Part shown: positions 10,742-22,949 of the stretch, in pieces
Layout of the letters: every line of letters begins with the position of its first letter
Numbering within the stretch: the first letter of the stretch is position 1
NCBI RefSeq assembly: GCF_006345805.1
Contig: NC_043005.1
Location: forward strand, 17,422,001 to 17,486,000
Source of the DNA: Octopus sinensis
Lineage: Eukaryota
DNA length: 64,000 bases
Direction of reading: 5' to 3'
The notes under the pieces: model-generated
The model's database searches: none
What the model saw: the letters and a program-made list of their open reading frames with translations, nothing else
What the model was told of the DNA's origin: nothing
Made by a program: the position numbers and the translations under genes

Positions 10742-11034
10742 TGTATGTATGTATGTACGTATGTATGTATGTATGTATGTATGTATGTATGTACGTATGT
10801 ATGTATGTACGTATATATGTATGTATGTATGTACGTATATATGTATGTATGTATGTATGTACGTACGTACGTATGTATGTATGTATGTATGTATGTATGT
10901 ATGTATGTATGTATGTATGTACGTATGTATGTATGTATGTATGTATGTACGTATGTATGTATGTACGTATATATGTATGTATGTATGTATGTACGTACTT
11001 ATGTATGTACGTATATACGTACGTATGTACGTAC

Positions 11035-11065
<31 letters not shown>

Positions 11066-11190
11066 TGTATGTATGTATGTATGTATGTACGTATGTATGT
11101 ATGTACGTATATATGTATGTATGTACGTATATATGTATGTATGTATGTATGTACGTACGTATGTACGTACATATGTATGTATGTATGTAC

Positions 11191-11221
<31 letters not shown>

Positions 11222-11302
11222 TGTATGTATGTATGTATGTACGTATATATGTATGTATTTATGTACGTACGTATGTACGTACATATGTATGTATGTATGT
11301 AC

Positions 11303-11333
<31 letters not shown>

Positions 11334-11386
11334 TGTATGTATGTATGTATGTACGTATGTACGTACATATGTATGTATGTATGTAC

Positions 11387-11417
<31 letters not shown>

Positions 11418-11520
11418 TGTATGTATGTATGTATGTATGTACGTATATATGTATGTATGTATGTATGTACGTACGTATGTACGTACATATTATGTATGTA
11501 TGTACATATGTATGTATGTA
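10311..11520 (+). repeat. 1.2-kb (TATG)n/(TACG) microsatellite
   Basis: Direct reading. Confidence 0.98.
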
Positions 11521-11601
11521 TCCTTAAATCCTTAAATCCTTAAAAATGTTTTAGCCCGAAGGCCGCGGCCATGCTGGGGCACCACCGCTGAATGAGCTAC
11601 A

Positions 11602-14600
11602 CTAGTTTGTGAATCCACCTCTGATACGTGGCACTTGATCAACAAGGGAGTTCGATGCTGCTGCCCGCATCCGTGTCTCCTGTCGTGAGGTAGGTTCATC
11701 TGGGACTCCCACAAGAAGATCCAGTTTAGTTTTAAAGAAACCCACATCCACACCATGTAAGTCTCTCAGGCATTTAGGGAGGATGTTAAAGAGCTGTGGT
11801 CCTCTGAAACCCAAGCTGTTGCAGTATCTGGACCTGTATTTTGATGGTGATGTTGGAATCCTTGGCACCACGCAGCGGCGCCCCGTTCTGCGGTTGGAGT
11901 AACTTTGAATGCCAAAGTTTGGGACAAGACCCTCCAGGATTTTCCAGATGTATATCACTGCATATCTCTCCCGCCTCCGCTCCAGGGAGAAGAGGTTTAA
12001 TACCTTCAGTCTTTCCCAGTAGCTGACATTTTGCATTGAGACGATTTTCTTTGTGTTCTTCTCTGAGTTGCTTCGAGTTCTGCTGTTTGTTTTATATTGT
12101 GTGGTGACCAAAGTTGGAGCAGTAGTCCAAGCGGCTGAGGACAAATGTTTTCCATAGGACCATCAGTGTCTCCTTTCTCTTGTTCTGAAAGTTCGGAGAA
12201 TCCATCCAGCTAGCCGTCTGCATTTTATCACCAGATTAGCAATATGCATTTGGAAAGATGCATCATTGCTCATGTCAATGCCCAGGTCACGCACTGATTT
12301 TGACTCAGGGATTGCAATTCTTCCTGGGCCAGTGTATCCAGTCTTCACGTCATTTACCTTTGTGTGCCAGTAGCGCAGGGCCTGGAACTTACCTGCATTA
12401 AACTGCATGTTGTTGTCCTCAGCCCACCTGTATATTGTGTCCAGCTCATGTTGCAGATGCGCAATATTTTCAGGTTTTTGTATTGCGTGGGAGACTTTTG
12501 TGTCATCTGCATAGCTAGCAAGGGTGGTCATCGTAGCAACTGAAGGCATGTCTGAAAGGGCCACTATGAACATCAGTGGCCCCAAGACAGTGCCCTGTGG
12601 GACACCGCTTGTTATTTGCGTTTCCCTGGAGGTGGCTCCATTGCTCACAACTGCCTGTTTTCTGTCTTTTAGGAAGTTGTGCAGCCACTCTCCAAGTTTC
12701 CCGCCTATGCCGAGACCACGCAGTTTGTGACAGATCATACCATGGTCGACTTTATCAAAGGCTTTTGCAAAGTCAAGATATATTACATCCACATTTGAGC
12801 CATTTAGTAGCTGTTTCAACACCCAGTCATAGTGTTGCAGGAGCTGTGTTAGGCAGCCTCTACCTGGTCGAAATCCATGCTGGGTGTCAGACAGTAAGTC
12901 ATTTTCTTCAAGGAACATGATTAGTTTCTTACGGACTATTCGTTCCATGACTTTGCTGATGTGTGAGGTCAGAGAGATAGGCCTATAATTTTTAGCATCT
13001 GCTCTGCTACCTCCCTTATGGATAGGGCATATTACCCCCTCTTTCAGTTTGACTGGGAGCTTACCACTTGCAAGAAAGCTCTGAAAAAGAAGCTGTAGCG
13101 GTTTTGCAAGGGCTCGTTTGCACGTTTTGAGAAGGATCGCTGGGAATCCATCAGGTCCAGCAGCTGAGTTTGTGTCAATCTCATCAATGGCTAGTGTGAT
13201 ATCATCTTCTTCGATGTTGATGTACTCAATTTTTGTCTCTTTGGTCGCTGGTAAAGTGGCAAAGAATTCTTCTGGGTTGTTTACTTGCCTGTGTCCTAGA
13301 GGTGTAGTGAACACACTTTGGAACTGTTCATTCAGTATTTCACTTATCCTCGTGGGATTTCCTGTGAGAGAGCCATCTTTTTGGAAGAGAGGTCCTATTC
13401 TCTGGTGCACTGTGGCTGTCTCTTTGGCAAACTTAAAGAAAGCTTTAGGGTTTGATTTTATATTTTCTATTACCCAAGCTTCTTTATCTGCTCGCTCTCC
13501 TTTTCATGGGACTGATGTAGACTTTTCTCAGTTTCCATTAGCATTCTTTCGAGCCGAGACTTCTCTCACCACTTTTGGTGTGCTTGCTCAGGCGGTTTGC
13601 AATCCTTGTCCGTCGTCTCATAAGAATCCTCCTTTCTCTAGGGATCCTGTTTTTGTTCTTGTGTGTGCTGGCCCTGCACATTGGGACATATTTGTCACAT
13701 ATGGCTTTATTATATGGACATGAAGTGTTTGTGTTTCATGTTTATGTCCGGTGTGGAGAGACATTCAGGCCAATCCTGTTTGAGGATCTCTTTCTCAATC
13801 GACTTCCAGTTGGCTTTATGAAAGTTTAAGTTGGAGAGATGGTGGGTGCTTCGTATAGGCTGTGTGTCTGCGGGGGCTTTTGTTCCATACATAGACAGCT
13901 CTATTATGTTGTGATCCGAGATCATTGTCGGCATCACATTAACATTATGGATATATCCATATTGTTTGTAAAGCAGAGATCCAGTATATTATCTGCCCTT
14001 GTTGGTTGCAGAACTATTTGCTCCATGAAAGAGGTATTTGTGAGATGGAGCAGGGACTCCACCTGTGCCTGCTGATGGTGTGTCATCCCTGGGAGCATCT
14101 GCCCCCCAGGCCATTCCACATTGGGGAGGTTAAAGTCACCCATGAAGAATACACTGTTGTGCTGTTCAAGGTTGGTGAGGACTCCTCCTATTTTTGTTAG
14201 GCAGTCTTCAAACATGCCTGAGTGTTTTGGGGCGTCTGGTGGGCGATATGTAGTGCATATGACGATATTCAGTTGTCTTATGTGTACAATTTGAGTTTCA
14301 CATACTGAGTTTGAATATGACAGCAGGACCTGAGGCGTTGAGGTCATCTCGGATGTACATTGCAACTCCACCATGGCTCCTCCCTTTTCTATCTGTGCGT
14401 ATGACTGCATATTGCGCATGTGTATTTCTGCATCACCTATATCGGGTTCAAGATGCGTTTCTGTGAGTGCCATGCATATAGCTTGATTGCATGTCACAAG
14501 GTCTCTCAGGAATGAAATTTTCTTTTTACAGTTTCCGCGCAGCAGCCCTCCTACATTCAGTAGAAATATTTTTGTGGTGTGTGTGTTGGTGTTGGTGTTT

Positions 14601-14611
14601 GTGGTGGCCAT
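11602..14611 (-). pseudogene. LINE ORF2 (APE endonuclease + RT), broken by several frameshifts
   Basis: APE: IFLLNVGGL, ALTETHL, TTYRPP, GDFNLP, NILDLCFTN, ISDHNII. RT: AAGPDGFP, YRPISLTS, YLDFAKAFDKVDH, GVPQGTVLGPL, YADD, DLGI. C-terminus: LERRRERYAVIYIWKILEGLVPN, GPQLFNILP. Confidence 0.9.
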
Positions 14612-15443
14612 CTTGCATCTGTTGGAGGTGGCCTTATGTGGTGGTAGTTCCAGCTTTGTGCTTGTAGCCAGGTCAGCTGCTGAACAATTTTTTGTGCCAT
14701 GCACAAAAAAGACTGCTGTTCAGCTGCCGCCCTTCTCACATCTGGGTGAAGCTGGCCACCTGTTGGGTTTCCGCGCACCACATCTGCATACCGTCTTTCA
14801 GTAGTGGTCAGTGCGCTTTTTTCCCTTCTTTTAACTTTTTGTTTTTGTTCTCCCTGAGGGAGGGACCTCTGTCTCGCGTCCGTGCGGTTTTGGTAGGGCC
14901 TCCGATGTGCAAAGCGACAGTTTGCACCTTCAACGCCGTACCAGCAGTCCCCCCTCAGGTAGAATTTGCAGGTGTTTCTTCCCTGCCCTTACAGTTTTTT
15001 GCTGGGGTCCCTCTGCTTTCTCTGGACAGGGCTTCCGTTAGCCTTGATTCTGTCACCCTTTACCTCCTGCTCCCATCAATTCCAGGGTGCCTTTCCTTTC
15101 TTGCGCGCCATCGCACCTCTTTGGTCTTCAGTTGTGGTGTTGGAAGCTGGACATGTGTCATCGTTTCCCTTTGTTCCAGGCTTCTCCATTTGCTTTCCTC
15201 ATCCTTTTGGCCCTCCCTGCTGCCGTCACCTCCCAGGATGATGTCCAGGGTGTCCATATGTTGCCTGATTAGAGCGTACGAACGGATAACTTCTCTCTTC
15301 TTTCGCTCTATCTGGGCGGTGGTTCTCGAAAAATTGTTGCTTTTCAGCGCCGCAGCAATAATGTCGTTCGGCGAGTCGTCCTCAGCGATCTTCCAAGCGC
15401 GGACGAACAATTGCACCTCTCTCGCAGACCAGTTTCTTGCCAT
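14557..15443 (-). pseudogene. LINE ORF1 with N-terminal Myb/SANT (trihelix)-like domain, disrupted
   Basis: MARNWSAREVQLFVRAW..IIAAALKSNNFSRTTAQIERKKREVIRSY fits W-x3-E-x3-L..IA..L...RT..Q..K..Y. It lies directly upstream of ORF2, and the downstream piece overlaps the ORF2 start. Confidence 0.6.
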
Positions 15444-16527
15444 TTTCTTCTAGTGAAATATAGGAACAGAGAGAGAGATAGAGAAGGAGAGATATGGAGA
15501 GGGAGAAGAGAAAGGAGAAAAGCCAGGGGGGGATAGAGAGAGAGACGAGGGGATTTTCCTGAGAGAAGAGAGAAAGAGAGAAAATAAGAGGGAAAAAAGA
15601 GAAAGGTGAGAGAATGGCAGGTCAGCAGGGGGAGAGTGAGCGGGATAGAGGTGTAGTAGAAAGGGACAGGGTGGAAAAGTGAGACAAGAGGGTGGACCCT
15701 AGGGGGGGCAGGGAGAAGAAAGGCGGAGAGATAAAATGGAGAGGAAGAGAGAGATGAAATGGAGAGGGAGAGAGAGAGAGGGCAGGATAGAGGTACCAGG
15801 GAGTGAAGTAAAGGGACAGAGAGGGTGGTGTGGAGGAAGGAGACAGAGAGAGGAAAAAAGAGACAGGGGGTGGTGAGCCTTAGAGGGAACAGGGAGAGGA
15901 AAGGTAGGAAGAAAAAAGGGGGGAAGAGGAAGAGAGGGGGCGCAACAGAGTGTAGTAAAGGGACAGGGAGGGTGGTGTAGAGAAAGAAATAAGGGGACAG
16001 AAGGGGAAGAGGAAAAGGGGTTTGACCTGTGAAGGAGCGGAGAGGAAAGAGGCAGAGAGAGGGAGGGGAGTAACAGAGAGAGAGAGAGAGAAAGAGGGCG
16101 GTATATAGATACAAGAGAGAATGAGTGAAGTTGAGGAACTGAGAGAGGGGTTGAGGTGAGAGAGATGCAGAAGAGAAACGATTGCAGAGGGAGAGAGAGG
16201 GAGGGGAGAGTGAGAGCGGAATAGAGGGTCTGGTGGATGGGGAGACAGATAAGGTATAAACTGTATGAGAGAGATAGAAATAGAAATGTAAGAAAGAGAG
16301 GGAGAGATTATAAAGATAGAATAGCGCGTATTTTTATATCTTTTTAATTATTATTTTCTGTTTGAAAGAACACTAATGACAACAAATAATAAAAATGTAT
16401 GAGAGAGATAGAAATAGAAATGTAAAAAAGAGAAAGAGAGTGCGTGGCAGGCACGGAGGACGAAATTATAAAGATTATAAAGATAGAATACCGCGTATTT
16501 TTATATTTTTATATCTTTTTTTTTTTT

Positions 16528-16582
16528 TATGTATGTATGTATGTACGTATGTACGTACATATGTATGTATGTATGTATGTAC

Positions 16583-16613
<31 letters not shown>

Positions 16614-16654
16614 TGTATGTATGTATGTACGTACATATGTATGTATGTATGTAC

Positions 16655-16685
<31 letters not shown>

Positions 16686-16766
16686 TGTATGTATGTATGT
16701 ATGTACGTACGTATGTACGTACATATGTATGTATGTATGTACATATGTATGTATGTATGTATGTAC

Positions 16767-16797
<31 letters not shown>

Positions 16798-16830
16798 TGT
16801 ATGTATGTACGTATGTATGTATGTATGTAT
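16528..16830 (+). repeat. (TATG)n microsatellite
   Basis: Direct reading; same interruption pattern (TACG, TACA) as 10311-11520. Confidence 0.97.
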
Positions 16831-17195
16831 CTGTGTGTGTCTGTGTTTGTCCTCCACTACCACTTGACAACCGACATTGGTTTGTTTACGTCCCCGTAAA
16901 TTAGCGTTTCGGCAAAAGGAACCGATAGAATGGGCACCGGTCTTTAAAACAAAGACTAAGTACTGAGGCCGATGCATTCGTCTAAGAATATTCTTTAAGG
17001 CAGTGCTCCAGTATGGCCGTAGTCTAATAACTGAAACACGTAAAAGTGTGGTAAGAAGCTTGCTTCCCAACCACATGGTTTCGTGTTCAGTCCCACTGCG
17101 TGGCACCTTGGACAAGTGTCTTCTACTCAAACCTCGGAGCGACCACAGATTGTAAGTGGATTTGGTAGACCGAAACTGAAAGAAGCCTGTCGTAT
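16831..17195 (+). mobile_element. SINE family A: a 3' half followed by a 5' half
   Basis: Tail GGCAGTGCTCCAGTATGGCCG at ~17000; head GTGGTAAGAAGCTTGCTTCCCAACC at ~17048. Confidence 0.75.
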
Positions 17196-17559
17196 ATATA
17201 TATATATATATATATATAATTATAATAAAGGGTTAAATGCAACAAGTTGCTCAAAACCACATACCGAAAATATTAGAAATAGCAGCCAAAATTGGTCACT
17301 ATTTCCTCTACTAATAAAAAGTCTCCACAAACAAACAGAATTTGTAAGCTGTATATGGCAAAAAAAGGCAGAAAATAACGAAAACCCAGCCTCTGGATTA
17401 ATTATAGACGACTTGTTTCTGGATTAGAACCGAAGGTTCATTTCCTTGTCAATATAATATTACCAAATATTACCAAATATGGTATTTTCCATACCGACAA
17501 ATCTACTAGGTGAAATTGATTAATTTTATTAAATTAATTATATTCCACCCTTTATTGAA

Positions 17560-17605
<46 letters not shown>

Positions 17606-17878
17606 TATATATATATACGTATAAAAGTATATATAAAAATACAAAATGGGACAAGAACGCAAAACATACGAAAACGGACGGGTCATTTCGAAGCCTCTAA
17701 TCTTCAGTCAAGAACCGGATCATCCTCGCAATTTCGGCTGATTAATCTTGAGATTGCTCCGATCTGGCCAGCCCCAAGGAAAAACTAACCTACGTGCAAT
17801 TAGATTTCTTGGAAAAAGGATCGAATGTATACGAAATAAGGACAGAAAAATATTTACATTCGTATTACTTTTTGTTTT

Positions 17879-18440
17879 TTGTATTTATTTTCGTGTAACA
17901 TCGTCCGTTTTTCCAACCTCTCCACTTCGCACATCTTCGCTAAACGGCCCCTCTCCTCCTTCAAACGAGCCCACAACCTACGAGACCTCTTGGTCTACAG
18001 CTTCTTCCCTAACCCAACCTCCCAACCTGGCTCGTTCCCCTGCCCCAGCCCACGCTGCCGCACTTGCCCTTACCTCTCCAACATCACCCTCCTCACAGGC
18101 ATCCATCATCGACCCTATCATGTCACTGACTCCTTCACCTGCACTTCTAGCAACGTCATCTACTGCATCTCCTGCTCTCTCTGTCCTTCTCTATACATCG
18201 GTCAAATGGGACGCCGCTTCGCTGACCGGTTCGCGGAACACCTCTGAGACAGCCAACTCGGCAACGACACCCCCGTCTCGCGTCATTTCCGCTCTACTGG
18301 TCACTCTTTACAACACCTGTCTGTGTTCGGATTGTCTTGCACAGGGGCCATCCGGACTCCCGTCTTCGCTGTGAGCAAGGATTAATCTTCTCTCTTCGCT
18401 TCTTTGCGCCACATGGACTCAACTCTCTTCCTCTCTCCTC
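17879..18440 (+). pseudogene. PLE zinc-knuckle + GIY-YIG endonuclease remnant
   Basis: FKRAHNLRDLLV, PCPSPRCRTCPY, FTCTSSNVIYCISCSLCPSLYIGQMGRRFADRFAEH; after a frameshift, EQGLIFSL..APHGLN. Confidence 0.85.
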
Positions 18441-19160
18441 TCTTCCTCTCACACCTACTTCCTCCCACCCACCTCTCCTCTCTTGCTCTGGCACCTACTT
18501 CCTCTCTTCACTCTTACCCACCTCCCTTCCATCCTCTCCCTTCTGGCGACTCCACTCCTACGCATCTCCAGCGTTACCCCAACCCTACACATTCCAACCC
18601 CACCATCCCTATACATCCCATCCCAGCCTGCCCCATTCCTTAGACCCCACACTCACCTACCCCACACCCCAACACCACCACATCACACCACCACACCACA
18701 TACCACCATACCATACCACACCACATCACACCACTCCGCACAGACAAGCACTGACCATTTCCCATCATCCAAATCAGTGCACACACTAACACTGACCACT
18801 TCCCAGCCCTTACACCACCATTCACACACCTACACATGCATACACGCACTCCTCCGTGTCACCAGCCCCCTTCCACACGCACATATACGCTCTCACATAC
18901 ACACACGCGCGTACCTTCGTTTTGGGATCACCACTACTTTATTATCTCCCCTTCTTTCTAGCTCTCCTGTGTAATTGATCGCTAGCCACTAAACCTTTTT
19001 CTGTTTTCTCTCCCTGTTTATTTCTGTGTTCCTTTCTGTTGAAGAGCGTAGGCTCGAAACGTAAAAGACTTTCTAACTTCCCGAGCGTTAAAATTAATAC
19101 ATCTGTTTGTTGTTTACACACCCGTCTTTGTCTTTTGTCTTTTTGTAAATTCTCACTATA
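17890..19160 (+). mobile_element. 5'-truncated Penelope-like element (Neptune-like), GIY-YIG plus 3' terminus B
   Basis: Endonuclease remnant, C-rich UTR, then the family B terminus with a hammerhead-like motif. Confidence 0.85.
19032..19067 (+). ncRNA. Minimal hammerhead-like motif, CUGUUGA core, GUA triplet
   Basis: CTTT-CTGTTGA-A-GAG-CGTAGG-CTC-GAAA-CG-TA-AAAG, downstream of and sense to the GIY-YIG ORF. Confidence 0.65.
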
Positions 19161-19206
19161 TATATATACACACATATATATATGTATGTATACATGTATG
19201 CGTGTG

Positions 19207-19302
<96 letters not shown>

Positions 19303-19568
19303 AGACATGAAATCAGAAGGTATGGGAGGTGAGAATATATTTATTTAACCACATGACATCCATGTGTAATACATTATTAGCAGAGTCCGTAAAAGGAGCT
19401 TACTGGGATAGCCGCACGATTCCCTGAATCAAATCTTATACAACTAATATATATATATATATTATAATATATATATATATATATATATGAATGTATGTAT
19501 GTATGTTATATGTATATATATATATATATGTTATATATATATATATTATATATATATATATATATATA

Positions 19569-19648
<80 letters not shown>

Positions 19649-20143
19649 AGCTGAGGTACTCAGTTAAATTACCGTTAATAAGACGTCTGTTTATAGCCAT
19701 GAAACCTTTTTCGTCAAATTTCAATATTTTTCAAAAATTTTAAATCTATATTAATGGGTGGGACCAATTTGAAGGAAAAATTGGCAGAGTCTGGTAGAGA
19801 ACCCGTGTGGTCGTCATTTTTGTGCATGTGCGTAAAATGGCGAAATTTTACTTTTGTCAGCAGATTTCGTAAAATTGATGTCACGACGGCTAAGTGCCTA
19901 AATTTTACTCGAGAAATAATCAAAACCTGAAACGCTAGGGAATTAAAACAACGAATTGAAATAATAAGGTTTAGCAAAGCATCCGCTCTTTTATCCATTC
20001 CCCCCACCGTAGGTCAAAACCAAAGGCTGTCAACGTGGGCGATACCACCCTCAGAGGGGTGCTGGGCCGTTAGGCTTTAGGGGGTAGTGAAGCGTTAGGC
20101 TTTAGGGACAGTGAGGTAACTTAACATACGAAATTTTACCTAT

Positions 20144-20356
20144 ACTCTTTTACTTTTTTCAGTCATGTGACTGTGGCCATACTGGAGCACCACCTTTTAG
20201 TCGAGCAAATCGACTCCAGGACTTATTCTTTGTAAGCCTAGTACTTATTCTCTCGGTCTCTTTTGCCGAACAGCTAAGTTACGGGGACGTAAACACACCA
20301 GCATCGGTTGTCAAGCGATGTTGGGGGAACAAATACAGGCACACAAACATACACAT

Positions 20357-20417
<61 letters not shown>

Positions 20418-20578
20418 CATATATACGACAGGCTTCTTTCAGTTTCCGCTTACCAAATCCACTCACAAGGCTTTGGTCGGCCCGAGGTTATAGTAGAAGA
20501 CACTTGCCGAAGGTGCCACGCAGCTGGACTGAACCCGGAACTATGTGGTTGGTAAACAAGCTACTTACCACACAGCCG
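20144..20578 (-). mobile_element. Full-length SINE family A
   Basis: Reverse complement of the 6523-6930 type. Confidence 0.88.
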
Positions 20579-20690
20579 GTGCTTTCAATGTGATATGGCC
20601 AATTATGTAACAAGTAATGGTTATTAAAATGAAATGAGATCTGATCAGGAACAGGGAAGTCACTAATTCGTAATGTATAAAGTAAATTAT

Positions 20691-20844
20691 TCTTTTACTT
20701 ATTCTTTGTAAGACTAGTACTTATTCTATCGTTTTCTTTTGCCGAACCGCTACGTTCCGGGACGTAAACGCACCAGCATCGGTTGTTAAGTGATCTTGGG
20801 CGACAAACACAGATACACAAACATATATACACAGATGCATACAA

Positions 20845-20896
<52 letters not shown>

Positions 20897-21061
20897 CGAC
20901 GGGCTTCTTTCAGTTTCCGTCTACTAAATCCACTCACAAGGCTTTGGTCGGCCCGAGGCTATAGTAAAAGACACTCGCCCAAGGTGCCACGCAGTGGGAC
21001 TGAACCCGGGATAATTAGGTTGGTAAGTTAGCTACTTACCACACAGCCACGCCTGCGCCTA
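20691..21061 (-). mobile_element. SINE family A, tail partly deleted
   Basis: Head and body match family A. Confidence 0.85.
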
Positions 21062-21289
21062 CTTTTATTAATTTTTTAAATCATTTCACTGTTAAAAGTA
21101 TAGAGAATCTTTTTTTGTTTTTTTAAAGTTTTACATCGACCCCAGCGCTTGACTTGTAGTTATTTCATCGACCCTGAGAGGATAAAAAGCCAAGTCAACC
21201 TCAACGGTATTTGAACTCAGAACGTAAAGACGGAAGAATTTCAGCTAAGCACGCTAACGATTCTGCCAGCTAACAGACTTAGTCACTTG

Positions 21290-22865
21290 GCGGTATTGAG
21301 ACACTACAACCAGTGTCGTTTGTACTACCACCTCCACAGACACCACTAATACCATTATCACTACCAGTAGCACTTAAGACTACCATTATCACAACCATTA
21401 GCGTTTAAGACTACCATTGTCGCTATCACCATCATCACCACACCTACATGTCTCTCTACCGCCACTACTACTACCACTACAACCATCTACACTTATACTA
21501 CAGCCGCTACCATCCCCCCCACCACCACTACCATTTCTACAACCATCACCACCGCCTCCACCACAACCACTACCGCTTCCAACATCGACGCTTCCACCGC
21601 CACCACCACCACCACCACCGCCACTACCGCTTCCACCATCACCACCACCATTACCACCACCACTGCTACCACCACCATCACTTCCACCACCACCGCTACC
21701 ACTACCACTGCTACCACCACCACCACTACCACCACCACCACCGCTTCCACCACCACCACCACTACCACCACCACCACCGCTTCCACCACTACCACCACTA
21801 CCACCTCCACCATCATCGCTTCCACTACCACCACCACCGCTACCACCACCACTGCTACCACCACCACCGCTACAAGCACTACCGCTACCACCACCATCAC
21901 CGCAACCACCACCACCACTACTACTGCTACCACTACCACCATCAACGCTTCCCCTACCACCACCACCGCTACCACTACCACCGCTACCACCACCATCACC
22001 GCAACAACCACCACCACCGCTTCCACTACTACTACCGCTACCACCACTAATACCACACCAACCAATCATAACCACCAACACCACCACCACCACCACCAAC
22101 ACCACCCGTTCCAACACCCTAACCCGTACCACCGTCAAAACAAGGTCCACCCTTCATCTACAACTACCACCATCACAACCACCACCGTCACCACCATAAT
22201 TACCGTTACTACTACCACTGCAACCATCATCACCATCACCACTACCACTGCAACCTCGACCAGTAAGTGCTACCATCGCCATCATCAACACCATTGGTAG
22301 CAAACGCCATAACCGGTACCACCATTAAAAGCAATACCACCACCACCACCACTACCATTCTACTTGTACTATAACCACTACCACACTGCTAGTACTACCA
22401 CCCATACCACCACCACCACCAGCACCACCACCACCAGCACCACCACCAATGTGTAAACAGGTCAGTTTTAGTGAGTGAAGGTCACCAGATGTTAGGGTGT
22501 GGTTCCTCTCTCCACCAATGAAGATCTACTTAGTTTTCACAGTTTGTGGTGGTAGTGGTGGTGGCGGCGGCGGCGGTGGTGGTGGTGGTGGTGGTGGTGG
22601 TGGTGGTGGTGGTGGTGATGGTGGTGGTGGTGGTGGTGGCGGCGACGGTGGTGGTGGTGGCGGCGACGGCGGCGGCGGCGGCGGTGGTGGTGGTGGTGGT
22701 GGTGGTGGTGTCGGTGATGGTGGTGGCGGCGGTGGTGGTGGTGGTGGCGGCGGCGGCGGTGGTGGTGGTGGTGTGGTGGTGGTGGTGTCGGTGATGGTGG
22801 TGGCGGCGGCGGTGGTGGTGGTGGTGCGGCGGCGGTGGTGGTGGTGGTGCGGCGGCGGTGGTGGT

Positions 22866-22908
<43 letters not shown>

Positions 22909-22918
22909 GTGGTGGTGG

Positions 22919-22949
<31 letters not shown>

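Larger units (their letters stand above)
11521..16527 (-). mobile_element. Near full-length CR1/L2-group LINE, ~5 kb, frameshifted
   Basis: Pyrimidine-rich 5' region, ORF1, APE-RT ORF2, 3' UTR hairpin, (TTTAAGGA)3 tail; (TATG)n on both sides. Confidence 0.85.

Noticed and set aside
10200-11543. Long ORFs of 330-410 aa (YVCM/HTYI repeats) and similar poly-Gly/Pro/His/Ile ORFs elsewhere
   Set aside because: They are translations of microsatellites lacking stop codons; no protein signal.
12150-14400. Frameshifts as programmed recoding (also in the PLE ORFs)
   Set aside because: They are multiple and often in homopolymers; decay or long-read indel error is more likely.
17676-17711. CTGAAGA..CTTC-GAAA-TGACCCG-TC (minus), with a nearby GGCTG/CAGCC-GAAA
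   Set aside because: Helix I and II pairing is poor in this copy; cannot be supported without a consensus.
19660-20135. Possible DNA-transposon fragment (also 40440-40700, 58260-58560, 59420-59910)
   Set aside because: No paired TIRs or TSDs identified, so left unclassified.
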